Notes: a model not told the origin generated them from the letters alone. 54,080 bases of DNA, filler included, from Sluysia triapertura (GCA_046118255.1; 4 parts of 4 records of this genome joined end to end with filler, not necessarily neighbours in it), one strand, 5' to 3'; shown: positions 13,056 through 28,121, counted from the whole stretch's first letter. Numbers and translations: made by a program.

Positions 13056-13075
13056 GTAATAGTAATAATAATAAT
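13000..13075. repeat. (AAT)n microsatellite at contig end
   Basis: Direct reading; the repeat runs into the linker. Confidence 0.95.
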
Positions 13076-13175
13076 NNNNNNNNNNNNNNNNNNNNNNNNN
13101 NNNNNNNNNNNNNNNNNNNTTAATTAATTAANNNNNNNNNNNNNNNNNNNNNNNNNNNNNNNNNNNNNNNNNNNN
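13076..13175. other. Artificial contig-joining linker (44N-TTAATTAATTAA-44N)
   Basis: Exactly 100 bp. The central palindrome carries TAA in all six frames. Confidence 0.98.
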
Positions 13176-16100
13176 GTTAGTTTATATATAATGTTTTAAC
13201 CTGATCTTGAGAGGTCAGATTAAAACAAATTGGAAAATTTTAAAAATTTAAAAATTTAAAAATAATAACTTCTTTACAATCACGTTGTTAAAATTTAAAA
13301 TCTGTAAAATATTTAAATTATAAAATTTAACATAGATAACATACTTTAAATATTATTCCAATTAAATATAAAAATCCAATTAAAATTCAATCAAATATAA
13401 ATAATAATTATGTACAAATATATTTAAAAAGTTTTTTAATTTATGCGTTATTAGTTAATGTATATCAATGAAGAAATTCAATGAATATATGTTTTTCATC
13501 ATCAATGTATTACAAGTATGTATTTTCGTCAATGAATCAATAAATAAGTTCATTCAATGTATGTTTGTTTTCACATGTATATAAAGGTGTCGCAGTGTTA
13601 CGGTGAAGGGATCAACACTTTCTAAAGTTTTCGAAAAATATTTATGTACATATATTAATTAATTTAACTAAAATTGTTGGCAAAACAACTTTGCTCATTA
13701 ACTTTATACATGGTAGTTGCATAATCGAAAATCGAAATATAATGACGAAATTTATTATTGTTGCAGATACCGAAATAATACTAAACACATTGGTGCAGAT
13801 AACGTAAAAGTATAAGTTTAAATTAAATTTTCTTTATTATAAAGTTAAATCGCCCAGTTATAATTATCATTGTACATATTAAATTAATGCCTACTAAGAG
13901 ATCATTTAATACATATTATTGAAATTAACAACGTATTGCGCATTGTTTCAAAAATTATCATTTGGAAAACAGTTTTATATTTGATAGTTGCTAAATAATA
14001 ACAATCAAATGCGTTGGAAACAGATAATCAATATATTATAAAGACGTATAAAGATGTATAAAATAGGAAATCACTATGATGAAGATGTAACTCTTTGATG
14101 TATTTTTTTGATATATGTTTATTGCTTTAAACATGTCATATTAATGGATTTATTGAAATCAATAGGAAAATCTAATTGGTAGTGATTTTAAATAAATATT
14201 ACTTATTTTTTCTTCTGAATCTGATTTCTTTTAGAATTTTCAGGTTGTAGAGGCACTTCTAATTTGTCTGAATCGCTTATTGTTTTCAATATGATAATCT
14301 TTGATTAAGAAATATTCTTAGCGAAATAATAATTTATTTTTTGGACCAATTTTGTATTGCTGTTTTACTATTGTAATTTTAAACGAATATAAGCACACAT
14401 TGAAAAATTATTAGTACAAAATTTACAGATTTGAGGAATCTCTTCAGCAATTTGTTTCTTAAATTTATTTCGTTCTTTTATAAATCTGACAACCATCATT
14501 CAAATTGAATTAATAAGTTAAGTCATATGTATAACTTAAAGGTGCTTTACTTTGATTAGTAATTGTGCAATAAAATCACTCTCAGTTATGTATCATATCA
14601 AATTAGAAGTCCATTATCACACCATCTGAATCTGCTACGATTATCTGAATTCATGTTATTCTTGCACAGATAGAACGTACTTATTATTTGTTCTATTATT
14701 ATATTATTAAAAGTGATTATATTCACCTAACAATCTTATCTTTATCTTGTAATTCAATTTCTTTTTGTCTTTTTCTTTTTAACATTTTTGTTATTCGAAG
14801 TCATAATAAAGTATTTTTCGAAATATAAACAAAACATGTAACAATATGAAAACAAAAATAAAATCATACTTTGTTTTTAATTTTAAAATTAATAAATTAA
14901 TAAATTTTATTATTAAAAGTTTTCTAAATTTAATATTTAGATGTTTAAATTTGGTTTAAGAAGATAAAACTAGTTGGAGTAACTTATGAATTATGAATTA
15001 TTAACGATTTTTTTACAAAGTTTAAAGAAAAAATTATTAAAATATAAAAATAAAAACTAAAACAAAAGATAATTAATTATTAATTATACACATTTAAAGT
15101 TAATATCACAAGAATATTTAAACAATCCCATCACTGTTTTTGTTTTAATTTTCTTTTAAATTCTTTACAATAAGTAATATAATTTATATATGAAAACAGA
15201 ATTTAGCAAAATTTATAATTTAAACATTTCCTAATTTTATTGAAATTTGTCAATTAATTATTTTGACCTTATTTTAATTGTAAAATTTAATATAATTTAT
15301 TTATATATAATTTAATTTATTATTTTTATTTTAATTTTATGAACTTTATGCGCATAATAATAATATTATACTAATTTATTGCGTTTTTGTCATTTATATA
15401 TCTTTTATCGTTTATCTCATTACATTAAAGTTTATACTGCTCAAAAAATTATGAAATGTTATGTGTTATCGTTGATGCTTTTGTCTTTTTCTTTTAAATA
15501 TAAACGAAAAGGTAAATTGAATTAATCAAAATCAATTAAATCTTCTATTAAAAAAGGTTAAATAAATTACAATGTAGAATTATTGTCATACCTTATAGGA
15601 AAGAAAAACATCACTCTTTTATTATACAAAATAATATTCGTTACAAAAAATACAAATAAGTTAATAATAATACTAAATCCAGACTATTTCACAATATTTT
15701 ATATTTTACAAAATTCTTATATTTTTATACCATTTTTCTACTTCAGAAGTTGTATCCAATAACCATTCAATTTTCTTAACATACGACATTAACTATAATC
15801 AGCTTCTCTCCAATCAATTTGAATTTAATTTCATAACGGATGGTAATAAATTACCTGCTTTTGCTAAACTGAGGATCAATATTGATTTTGTAAAAACACA
15901 CTTAAAATTGTAAATGAATGTGTACAACACTGTAATTATCTCAAAATAACTACAACGAGAAAGTAAATATGGTGGGCAATACCAATTGTGTTGAAAACAT
16001 TAATACTATCCAGAAAGGATTGAATTCTAAAAGTCGCTTATTAATTTAAATAAGATTGTACCTAAATGTTTAAAGATAAGTAGCTAATTAAATATTATAG

Positions 16101-16251
16101 ATTATACATTTGATAAATAAATATAATTTTTAAATATAAATATAAATATAATTAAATATAATTTTTAAATCAAAATTAGAAATAGCGTGAATAAAATCAG
16201 AATAAAGTTTCATTGTGTAAAATAATTTATTTAAAAATATTCACATAAATA

Positions 16252-16263
16252 TAATAATAATAA

Positions 16264-16310
<47 letters not shown>

Positions 16311-16316
16311 GTAATC
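16252..16316. repeat. (AAT)n microsatellite
   Basis: Direct reading. Confidence 0.9.
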
Positions 16317-16705
16317 ACGCAGAATAATAATATAATATTGTAATTATTATGATAATTAAAACTATCAAATACTTTAAGTATTGAAGAGATCTTATCGCTT
16401 ATCATTTATAATTTATAACGATGTTAATTATTTAATATTTAATAATAACAATAATGATAGAAAGTTCTTGATACAAATTTCGCCTACTTTTATTTAGTTA
16501 ATGAATTTAAGGGCGAAATAATTTTATACAAATGATAAAATTAACTTAAATAACAACATTTTTGACTTGAAACATTAATAAAACCATGTTCATTGTGAAC
16601 ACTAGCTTAAAAATGTTTACATTAAAAAATAAGAATATCAATTAACATAACAATAACAAAGATTTCCAGAAAAATTGTATTTATTATACCTATTTATTAC
16701 AATTT

Positions 16706-17896
16706 TTATTTCTTTGTGATTTTTAATTGCCTAGATGCATTTTTTTCTTGAATTTCATCAATCAGATTCCATATTTTGATAATCTTATCATGAATATTAG
16801 CTTGAAAGTATTTTTCACGTTTTTTTGCATACTCATAGACTTCGTACCCTATCATTTGTTTCCTCTTTTTCAGAACTTTCTTTTTCATACTTCTCTGTTA
16901 GATCAAATAAGAAATGTTCATCAAATTTTGGATTAATCTCAAAACATGGAAAATCATCACTTTAAGCATTCATTTCTTTAACATACGCATTTTCGAAAGA
17001 CTTGGTAAAACAATTAGAGATAGTCGCTGGTTTTACACTATTCCATGCTTTCGAAATCCAAACCACTGCTTGATACAAATCAACCTTTTGCACCATATCT
17101 CTTGTGGAACATTATTATCTAAATTAAAATTCATTCACATGCTCAGAAGGTTTTGTATTACCGTGGTCAAGAGATGACATATTTCGATGTTGCTTAATTC
17201 GAAGTCTTTTGGGTGAATAGGTGCGCTGTCTAACTGTAATAAATTGTCCGCCCTTCTGCTTTCATTATACTATTCAAATCTTTTAATCAATCTCGAAAAA
17301 TTGTTAACGTTATCCAAGACTTTGTATTCCAAAGGTAATAACATGTAGTTTTTCTATACAGAAATCTCTATACAGAAATCTCCTATCTGCTTATCACTAA
17401 AAGCTTTAACTTTTCTCCTAACACATTTACTGTTTAATGAACATTTCCAGAATAGTCTGGTTTCGTCACAATTATAAACATTTCCATCTTCATAATCTTT
17501 TAACTTTGACATATACAATTCCTTAAAATTAAGAATATACCTTTCATCCACGGTTTTTGATTCCCACATAATTCTTATCATATGTCTGGAAAGAAAATAA
17601 TTAAGCCAACCGTTTGATGCTTGCTACTTATAATGCCTTCTGTGGCTATATATTGATATTTTTTGTTCTCTGAATCTGGAACCATTTATAGAGAATGGAA
17701 TCAACTTGATATCAACTACGTAAATGTGTTTTTCTTTTCTGTTTGGTATTCAAGTTTATTTAAACAACCTAAGGAAAGATTGTATTTTGATGAAAGAACA
17801 ACCTTAATAAACAATTTTCACAATTTATTTTAACATTTTCTGTTTCTCTTCGATGTTTAAATATTTTCTCTTTCGATTTGGATTTGTATTTTTCAT
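16706..17896 (-). pseudogene. pogo/Tigger (CENP-B/jerky-like, DDE_1) transposase pseudogene
   Basis: Motifs in order on the minus strand, interrupted by stops and frameshifts: MKNTNPNRKRKYLNIEEK, ASNGWLNYFLSRH, VYNCDETRLFWK, LLQLDSAPIHPKDFELSNI, WISKAWNSVKPATISNCFTK, and C-terminal RQLKIT. A candidate TIR CAGTACGAACCCTGCTTAAG starts at 18070 (minus); I did not find its partner. Confidence 0.88.
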
Positions 17897-20800
17897 GTTC
17901 ACGAAAGACAGTTATAAATGAATATTTAAACAAAAAATTGAGCAATTATTAATTTATTTTACACTAATTATTGTTCATTGTTCATATTATAAAACTCAAT
18001 TTCTCATGAAAACCATATGATTTTCAATAATTTTTGACTTAATTGTTCATCTTAAGCAGGGTTCGTACTGAATTAACAGAATTAAAAGAATTTTTTATTG
18101 ATAAAAATTAAACCCATTATATTTTATTTTATAAAAAAGTTTTGTAATAATTATAAATTGATTTTAATTAACAAAGGAAATTATTTATTTAATTAAATCA
18201 ATAATTTTTTTTTGATATTCTTTATCTAGATAATTCATTTTTAAATTTTTAATTTAGTTATTATTGTTATTAATTATAAGGTAATTATAAATTTAAAATA
18301 TTACATCTTTATAATTAATAATTATTATTTCCGCAGTGTGAACATTTCAAAAGATTTATTTTCTAAAGATTAATCGAAGTTTATTGATTTTATAAATAAA
18401 ACAAAATTTATTCTTAATTTTGCTTTTTTGTGCAATAAAATAGCAATACAATAATTGATAAACTAAAACAATTATTTCTATTTTAGAATATCTTAAAAAT
18501 AATATTAAAAGCAATAAGCATTAATTTTCTAATCATTAAACACATTTCATAATAATAAACAAAATATGATATTTTATTTACAACGTCAATAATTATTTAA
18601 AAAATAATTTTTATACAATTGCAAAATAATTTTCTTTTAATTTCATGCCTATTTTCATATTATTGAATAATTCATATAAATATTATTTATCATGATTCTT
18701 TTTTGCATAATTTTTGTTATCTTAAGAATAATTATTGATACAATTATATTTAATAGAAGTATTATGGATTTGTAATAAATTAATTATCTTTTTTTTCTAT
18801 TAATAAGCACGAAATAAAAGGTACAATGTTTAAATATTTAAAATTGAAAATTTTACTTTAATTAAAATTTATTATTCAATTATTTGGAGAAGAATCATTA
18901 TGCCTGAAAAAATATATCTAAATGTATTTGTGTTTATTTATTTTACAGAATAATGTAATTCAATATTCTGCCATACGTTTTACATAAACAATGTGTTGAA
19001 TTTTACTTTTTAAAAATACTGTTTATTATTTGTGGTGCCATTGTTTTTCAGATAGTACTAATAATGATAAATTCTTCGACAGAAAATAATTACCGAAATT
19101 TAATTCTCCTAATGCTTTTTATTAAAAAAATAGTCTGCCTAAATATATGATTTGTTTGTTCAAAGGCAAATTTTATATGATGCTTATATGCAAATCATTT
19201 TCAGAAATCTTATATAAAAAGAAAAAAAAGAATTTGTCGAGTGAAAAACATAATATATCTATAATTTATAAATATAAATTATGTTATAAATTATAAATAT
19301 GTTATTTTTAATGTATATATATATATATTAACAACATTAAGTATGAGGAATACTCAAGTATTTACATCAGCACTATTTGCAATATAATATGCATACTTTG
19401 ATGAAACGGAAATAAATAATGAAAACATTCATTTGCCAAAATTTAAGTATCAATTTTATTGCAATAAAAATGATTTTGAAATAATAATAATGATGATATA
19501 TTAATAATATATAAATTTATAAAGTGGTAATATCTATTATAAAATAAACAACAGTTATTTAAATATTTCTGAAATAGAAATAATGATAATAATAATAGTA
19601 TTCTGACATTCTTTATTTGCTGGGTGTACATCTGAATGACAATTCCGAATTTTTGATTACTTCCAATAGATATGTGAGCAACTTTAGAATAAAAACAAAA
19701 TTAAAGCTGTGAGTTCACCAACGTACTGGGCTTACCAGCGAAGACTAACTATTTTTAGATTACCGTTGGATTTTAACTTAAAGAAAAGATGCTTTAATGA
19801 AGTTTCAAAACTTTGATCGATTTCCTATCTAATAAATCTGGAGGTAGCTTTATCTATCTTTATAGCTTAAAAATGATTAACTATCCTACAATAAGGATTC
19901 TTTAATGTTTTAATTAAAAGTTATTTTAATTTTTCAATTATATTATAAGTCAAGACGTTTTCTTCAGGAAAGTTTTTTATACAAAAATATAATAATAAAA
20001 TAATAATAATACAAATTTTTTCACAAATTACTAAAGTAATTTCAATATCAATGGAATTTTAAAAAAGATTTTTCAATGATCTATGATAAGATCATAAATA
20101 TTAGGTTAATGAATTAACCTGGATTTTACAATGATATTAAATAATATCAACCTTACTAAAATAATCTAACGTTTGACAGGTATCGTTCTTTCCAGATAAT
20201 TGATAAAAATTTATGTAAACCAAATCTTCTTTTAGGATTTTCAAAATTGATTTGCCAAGTTAAAAGTTTAAGTTAATGATTTAAAATTTTGTTGTTGAGC
20301 GTAAATTTTCAAAATTGATCCACCAAAGTTTAAGTTAATAATTTAAAATTCTATTGTTGTGTGTTTTTCTGTAAAAATTGTCTTTATATATATTTTTACC
20401 TGTCAACCTTGACATTAGATAATTTATTTAGAAAAACAAAAATAAAATTATATTAATTACAAAATTAAATATTAATTGTTTTAGATTTAGAAAAATAAAA
20501 TTATATGATAATTAATTACAAAATTAAACATTGTTTTAGAAAAATAATATTAAAATAAAGCTTACCATTTAATTATAAATTTAAATTTCCAAATTGTACA
20601 AATAGCAAATAAAAAAATTATAAAGTTACACAAAAATTAATCAATCTTATCAATAATCATACAAATGCAAAAATTCATATTGTTATCAATAGATACAAAA
20701 ATCAGTAATAATAATCACAACAATATTAACGAACGTGTTATAATTATTTTTTTGTTTACAATGATAAGGAGAAAACTATTGTTAATTAAAAAAGGTTAGA

Positions 20801-20955
20801 GCTTCTACTTTAGATAAAAATATACCCAAACGTAAAATAAATCGAGTTAGAAATCTGTGTAACACCAGTTTTATTTACAGGCACACCTTTAGGTTGTGTA
20901 CTGTAGTTGAGCACTGCTAAAATTTATTTTGCCGTTTGTTGAAAGTAAGAAAACA

Positions 20956-20993
<38 letters not shown>

Positions 20994-22349
20994 TTTAATT
21001 CATTTAGTGATAATAATTTAAAACATCTTTTATTGAAATTGATAATCGATGTTTTAATTTTACCGCTACAGTTATAAGTAGACATGCTGTACACCGGACG
21101 GGCTCAAGTTATTTATTCTTTTCTTATAAGTATGACAACAAACTATGAACAATTACATTAATAAAAGACTAAGTAAATAAAATTAATTAATAAGTAAATA
21201 AATTACATTAATAAAAGACTAAGAACTTTTGCATAATCGAAAGTAAAACTCTTTGAAAAAGTTAATTTAAATTAAATTATTTTATCTTTTATTTAAAATA
21301 CTGAAATTAAAATACTGACATTTTTCTCTAACTACCACTTAATTACAATATATATTATTGTAATTGTGTGTTCTTTATTCATTTATATCCATCTTACTAA
21401 TTAGTATTTATTTGTATCGGTTAGAATTCACTTTTTAGCGGATTTTCCATGTGTAATTGATATACATGTCTGATACGTGATGTTTTTGGAAACTAATTAA
21501 GTGTTTCTTCCTTCATGTTTATTTGATAATTTCCAATTTCCATATTGTTGTTTGAAGATTGTTTTGTAGTACTTTTGAAAAAAAACTTAATTTTATATGA
21601 TTTTAATTAAAATGTTTTTATTTTCAAATTATTTTCAGTAGTATTTTTATCATATTCTGAAATAGAAAGTACTAAGAAATATATAATTAAAATTAAAAAA
21701 ATTCATGCCTAAGAGGTATTTAACATTGAGAATCAGAAATATTAACAAAATAAAATATTAAAAGTCATTCTAAAAATGTACTCATTAAAATTTTCTAGTT
21801 AAGCATAAAAACAATTGTTTTATTTATGAATATTAAATATTAATATTAATTATTATATAAATACAGAAAAAATTCGAAAATGTAACCATTTTAAAATATA
21901 AACATACTAAATATAAATAATTTTATAAATGTTTCTGATAGATTATTTTAAATTATGTAATTAATATTCTAAAATATGAGTAGAATTTTTTCTATAAATA
22001 TTTATTTTGTATTCAGTTTTAAATTTTAAATTATAAACAAAAATCAATAAATGATTTTATTGTTTAAGAAATATTTAAAATATTAAAGTAAAAATAAATA
22101 TTAAATAAAATAAATCAATAAATAAATAAAATAAAATAAAATATTAAATAAATATTAATATTAAAATAAAGTTAAGTAAAAACGAAAACAAAAGATTGGT
22201 TCACAGATTTTCTCTTTTTTATAGCTAAAAGTTTAACTTTAAGTCTACCAACAAAAGCATATATGATTTCCATATTAATAAGCACAAAAATAAATATGCA
22301 TCTAAATAAACACAGTGATCTACTATTTAAAAATTCAGGAATTTTCATG

Positions 22350-22420
22350 CAACATATTACTAGAAAATAATTAATGAAATTTACACTCGAATCCATTGGA
22401 CCCGACTGGTAGGCGGAAGA
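22350..22420 (-). mobile_element. piggyBac-type terminus, same family as the element at 8263
   Basis: The reverse complement reads TTAA-TCTTCCGCCTACCAGTCGGGTCCAATGGATTCGAGTGTAAATTTCATTAATTATTTTCTAGTAATATG and aligns with 8259-8330. Confidence 0.75.
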
Positions 22421-24812
22421 TTAAATAGAAATATTTTCAAATTTAAGTGGATTCGTTAATATCTTATGATAACTTTGTTAAAATCAATTATAAAATATTC
22501 ACAGTCGCATTATAAATTTTTAAAACTAAAATAATAATAATAATAATAATGATAATAATTGAATAATAATGATAATAATTAAAACCGCAATAATACTAAT
22601 TATTATTATAATTATAATTGTAATGGAAACATATAATTTAATAAAATCTTAATTATAACTTAAAAAAATGGCATTTTTATATAACAATTAATTTTAAGAA
22701 CTTGGAATTTTTGATATTAAAATAATTGTAAAAAGAAAATATTTCTTACAAAACAAACATTTATATTATTATAATGGATACGAATAAGTGAAAATAATTA
22801 TAATAATAATTTATTATAATAATTATTATTTAACTTAAAATATTCATATTTCTATTTATTGAATATATTATTTTATTGCTTGTTAACAATTGAAGTTAAT
22901 TTTTTATTTTTATACATCAATTTGATTTAATTAAAAAATTTATATATAATTAATTTTAATTTATATATAATTAAATAGAATAGAATATATAGAATCCATG
23001 GACCCAGGTTTAAGGTAACCAGAAATTTAACACAACATAATTTTGATAATATTTGGAAGGTTTGAAATAAGTTTGGTAGAAGATTAATATAAAAGTTCAT
23101 GAGTAATTAAACAAAGATAAAGATGACGCTTTTAAATAAAAATTTGCTTATTAAAATATCTGAAGTCTTTACGGTTAAATTATCACATATAAAAACATTG
23201 TATTAATGGTAGTTTTAAGTATCAATTTTGTTCTGCCTAATTATTGATAAATTACAATCGGCTGTCATATCAAAATTATTTATTCAACTTAATTAAGATA
23301 ATTATTGACATTAAGTTAGACTTGGAAAAGCAAGTAATTACAAAGAAGTTATTTAAAACAAAAACGTTCATATAATGCATTGTAGTTTTTAATATAAATG
23401 TATAATATATTGTATCATGTAATATATGATATAATATAATAATACATAACATAATAATAACCAAAATCAAAAAATAAAAATTAAATATTCATTTAAAGTG
23501 TTGAATATTAATTAAATATTAAGTATTAAATAATGTTTAATCGCAGACATTTATAAGAAAAATAAATAACATAATTACAATTTATTGATAAATAACGAAT
23601 AATTTCAAATAATTTAAGTTGTAATATCAAATAGTATAATCAAAAATTTTCAAAATGATTATATTATTTGGATTTATCTGTTAAAACATTATTTAAATAT
23701 AGAAAGAATACAATAAAGAAACAAAATACACAAAAAGTAATGATAGAAGTAATAAAGCAAATAAATACCATTTAGATGATAAATGCCAAGTTATAAATAA
23801 AAAACCAAGAGCAAATATGCTGAGTATATACCAATTATAAAAGGGTCAACAATAGCGACTCTATGAATGTTTTTTGTTGACAATACCATGGGTTTTATGA
23901 CTATTGTGAGTAATTAAAATGTAACAAATTTATATCACATATTAACAAATTTTATAATAATGTTTAAAAAATACCCAAATAATCGAATTATTTAAATATT
24001 TTTATTTATGTACAGTGAAAATAAATGTAAAATATTTATTTATTTATTAAAGATAAATTAAAATTAAATATTTCGAAAAATAAAATCGATAACAAATGAT
24101 AATGATATTCCAGAAATAGTGTCCAAGTCACTTGTGTTTAGACACTACACAATATTGTCATAAATATACCATTATCTTGCATTTGTGCAAATTAGATGAC
24201 TCATAATATTTTGAATGTTAAATTAGTGTAATATAAATAATGCGTAATGTCTGTTATATTTTCGTTATATTCTTTAATAAATATCAAACGCGGGGAAGTC
24301 TACAATTAGAGAGTAAGTTATTATTTTTATTAGAGATTAATTGTAACATTTTTATAAAAACTTAATATTGCACTATAACTTCTACTTCTAAAAATCGTTA
24401 ATCCAAGACGATGTGATTATAAAATAAACTTTTACCATCGATAATACTTTAAATATATATAAAAGAATATGAGTTATTGTGGATTTAAAATTATATTGTA
24501 AAGGTTAGCAAGAATTTATTTAACTTTATATATTATTTTTATAATGAACTTATAGTAATAAATATTCATATCTGCATAATATCCCACAATAAAATCTTAT
24601 TTTAATATTATTTAATATATCTTAGGTCTTCATATTAATTGTATTTATTTAAAACAATAGGGTAAATATATGGACACCTTGCATAATAATAATGATTATA
24701 ATAATGACGGTAGTAATAATAAAAATAATGATAGTATTAATGTAGTAATGTTAGTAATGAATTAAAAAAATAATAATGTAAAATTAAATTAAACTAAATT
24801 ATTTAATTCTAG

Positions 24813-25007
24813 AACTGATAGTGCTCTTGCTCAATTATACGGCAGTCAAGCAACTCTAGAACATCATCATTTTAATTTAACCGTACTCATTCTTACAAAC
24901 AGCGATGGCAACAACATTTTACAGAATTTAAGCACTAGTGATTTAGCTGCTACAATAAAAATTATTAAACAAGCTATATTGGCTACTGATTTGACCAATC
25001 ATTTTAA
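24813..25007 (+). CDS. Class I cyclic-nucleotide phosphodiesterase catalytic-domain exon, PDE11/PDE5-like
   Basis: A 195-bp phase 2-2 exon between CTAG and GTTTGT, missed by the ORF track. It encodes TDSALAQLYGSQATLEHHHFNLTVLILTNSDGNNILQNLS...IKQAILATDLTNHF, compared with PDE11A SALAQLYGTSATLEHHHFN...KQSILATDL. Confidence 0.92.
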
Positions 25008-25692
25008 GTTTGTGTTATTTTATAAACATTTTCTTTTTCTGGTTTAATTTTATTTATATTTTCATTAAAATGTTTAAATTAGTAGAAAATAAATTAAAAT
25101 TACTATATTTACGAAAAATATAAAAATATCATTTTCCACTGAAACTTACTGAATTTATATATCAATAAATATAATTATAATATTTTAACGAGAATCAATG
25201 GAGATGATTTTTAGTTAATTTTTCCATACTCAGAAATTACATTCACATTCATTCGTTCTTCATAATTATTAATTACATTTTATAATTATAAATTAATTTT
25301 TCTATTTACTTCTTCAAATTACAATGAAGAAATATTTTGTGTTGAAATGTATTTCAAGTTTTTTTGACAAAAGTACATTTTTTTAATTTAATTTAGCAAT
25401 GAAAAGTTTAACTACAATGATATCGATACAAAAATACATAATACAAAGAAAAAAATAATTTTTTTGAAATATTGCTTTACAAATACAAAACAGTTATGGA
25501 ATAAAGACTTCATCATTATCGCATGATACAAGAAAAATAGTTCATAGTATGATTATTTCGAAATTTCATGATTAAAGCATTAATAATATTTTGAGAATAG
25601 TCTTGCAGTTAGTTAACAAAAATATAATTTTTAAATAAAAATTTAAATAACATAAACTAATATTCTCAGTGGATTTAAATTAAATAGCTTAA

Positions 25693-25790
25693 CCCTTTGA
25701 CTACCAATGGGACGATGGGTCCCACAGAAACAATGCTATACATCAGTGGGTTAAAAGTAGCTTTAAACAGCCTAACAGATCGTCCCAATG
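25693..25790 (+). mobile_element. piggyBac-like terminus at contig end
   Basis: TTAA-CCCTTT start with subterminal palindrome TGGGACGATGGGTCCCA, similar to TGGGACCAATTGGTCCCA in the element at 33031. Confidence 0.45.
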
Positions 25791-25813
25791 GTTGTGTAGT
25801 GTTTATTGAATGA

Positions 25814-25913
25814 NNNNNNNNNNNNNNNNNNNNNNNNNNNNNNNNNNNNNNNNNNNNTTAATTAATTAANNNNNNNNNNNNNNNNNNNNNNNNNNNNNNN
25901 NNNNNNNNNNNNN
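25814..25913. other. Artificial contig-joining linker
   Basis: 44N-TTAATTAATTAA-44N. Confidence 0.98.
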
Positions 25914-28121
25914 AGCGATAGTTCATGATAATTAGATGTGATGGTTGTGTTTGTTTTTAAATGAGTTTAGTAGTTTGTTTAATAGTTTGTGTACATCTGA
26001 AGTGTTTTTATGTGATGAAATGTGATGAATTTTATGTGATGAATTCCCTACAACAAAAGAATGTATTTTTGAGAGGTTTAAATAGGTAGTTTAAATAGTA
26101 TGGTTGGAAGAGCGATAAACTTATAAGTAAAGGAAAACAGTGGCTTTGGAGAGTGGAATTATTTTACACGAAAATTTCATTGTTATATTGTTTTATTTTT
26201 TGAATGTTTTTAGAATTTATAATTTTTTTATATTGAACTGTTTAAATGTTATATGATTGGTTTGAGGTTTGAGTGTGATATTTTTTTAATGTAATTTTTT
26301 TAACAAAAGTAAATTATTATTTTACGTAATTATTATTTCCTTTTAGTTGGTAATAAGCCGATCAATTTCAATAATTAAATTTCAACATTAATTTCCGTCG
26401 GCTTGCATTTTTGTTGTTTCCTGAAATTACAAAGATAATGAGATTTGTGATCTAATCAACATTTAATATCACTATTACAGTAATGTTCATTATTAAAATA
26501 ATTCAACTTAAAATAAATATAAAACTAAGCAAATACCAAATTTATTTTCCATAGGAAAATTTATATGATACATCATGCGTCAACCGTACATTGCACGTCG
26601 ATTTCAATAACATGTTGAGGTGGTACCTTCATGAACATCGGTTTAATGTATACCTTAATTACATTTAGGCATTACAACATATATAAATTTAATTTTTGAT
26701 TATAAAACTAATTAAAATAGCTAATTTTTACGTTATTTGCGTTGACGTTATCTGCATTAATAATAATAATAAAATTCAACATTACACACAAATTCTGATG
26801 TTATTTTATCCTGTGCAGACATTTTAAATTAATTAATTAGTAAATGTACTAGATTCCAATAAGTAAAGCCTTATAAAAGGTTCTTTCTTCGATCTTTTTT
26901 TCTTTCACTTTGATTTCAGTTATTTCATTAATGCAATTCATCTTAATTCATCTCCATAATACTTACTTTATTCTTACACTATACGTTGTAAATCTTATAT
27001 CCATCTCATCTTTCACCAAGCCTAACAGTACCATGTAACTGTCAAAGTTATTTTTGTCGGTTTAATTCTCAAATAATGTCATGATTCGTGTGAGAGAATG
27101 ATTGTAAAAATGAGTAATGATTGGTTGACGATAAAGTATAAAGAAGAATACTTAAGAATTTTCAGTAAGAAAATAATTCGCAATATGAAGTACCATGTTG
27201 GTCAAAATTCATGCTTTTGAAGATCCATACATTTTTATTTTTATTTATTGTTGATTTAATTTTTATTCTTTGGGCTTTATAATATTTTTATTTTATTTAT
27301 TTTTTGGAAATCTTCTACTATTTTAGTTTAAGTAATTTTTAATAGATTTCCTTGAGAGTTATTTTTGGTTTTGTTTAGTTTGTTGTAAAAATTGTGTAAA
27401 CTATTATTATTTGTATGGTTTTCTTTTAATTTAAATCTAAGATATTTATGTAATATTGAATATAATTTATTGAATATATTTAATATTAGAATTATTACTA
27501 AATTGAAGAAAATTAGTTATTAATAGAGAATTCGTAGGGAAGTAATATATTGATTTGTTATTCTATTAAGGTAAAAAGTGATTATAATAATTTTAATTTG
27601 ATTTTGTGATTATTAAAATTATTGAGACTTCAGATTAAATTACCTTTGTTATTGAGTTACGGTTATTAATCTAAATTAAAATACAATACCTTAAAATGTA
27701 TTGATAATCGGACTGGTTTAATTTATTTATAACTCTCGTCATTAATTTAGATTTATTGAGTTACCATCATGTAATTATATTGATTGGTGTTATTAATTGA
27801 ATTATTATTGATTTCGACATTGTGTTAAAGTTAAATATACTGAGATTCATATTTGTTGTTTTAATATAAGAACATAGCATTGTCTTTTTAGTTAACAATT
27901 ATTCTCCTAATATATTATATATCAATGTTTAGTTTCAAATTAGTTTCATTTTTTTGAAACTGTAATGAACAATCCATTAATTATCAGTCTAACATTCACC
28001 TTACACAGCCACTAACCTCTGGCTAATTAACATTCGTGCTTATTTTTCCTTATAATTGACTAAATTAAATGTTAATTTTTTTGTTTAAATATATTTATTT
28101 TGTCTTGTATAATAAATTTTC

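Noticed and set aside
13120-13131. TTAATTAATTAA as a recurring biological palindrome or piggyBac footprint
   Set aside because: It is always centred in 44N+44N, so it is a synthetic six-frame stop spacer.
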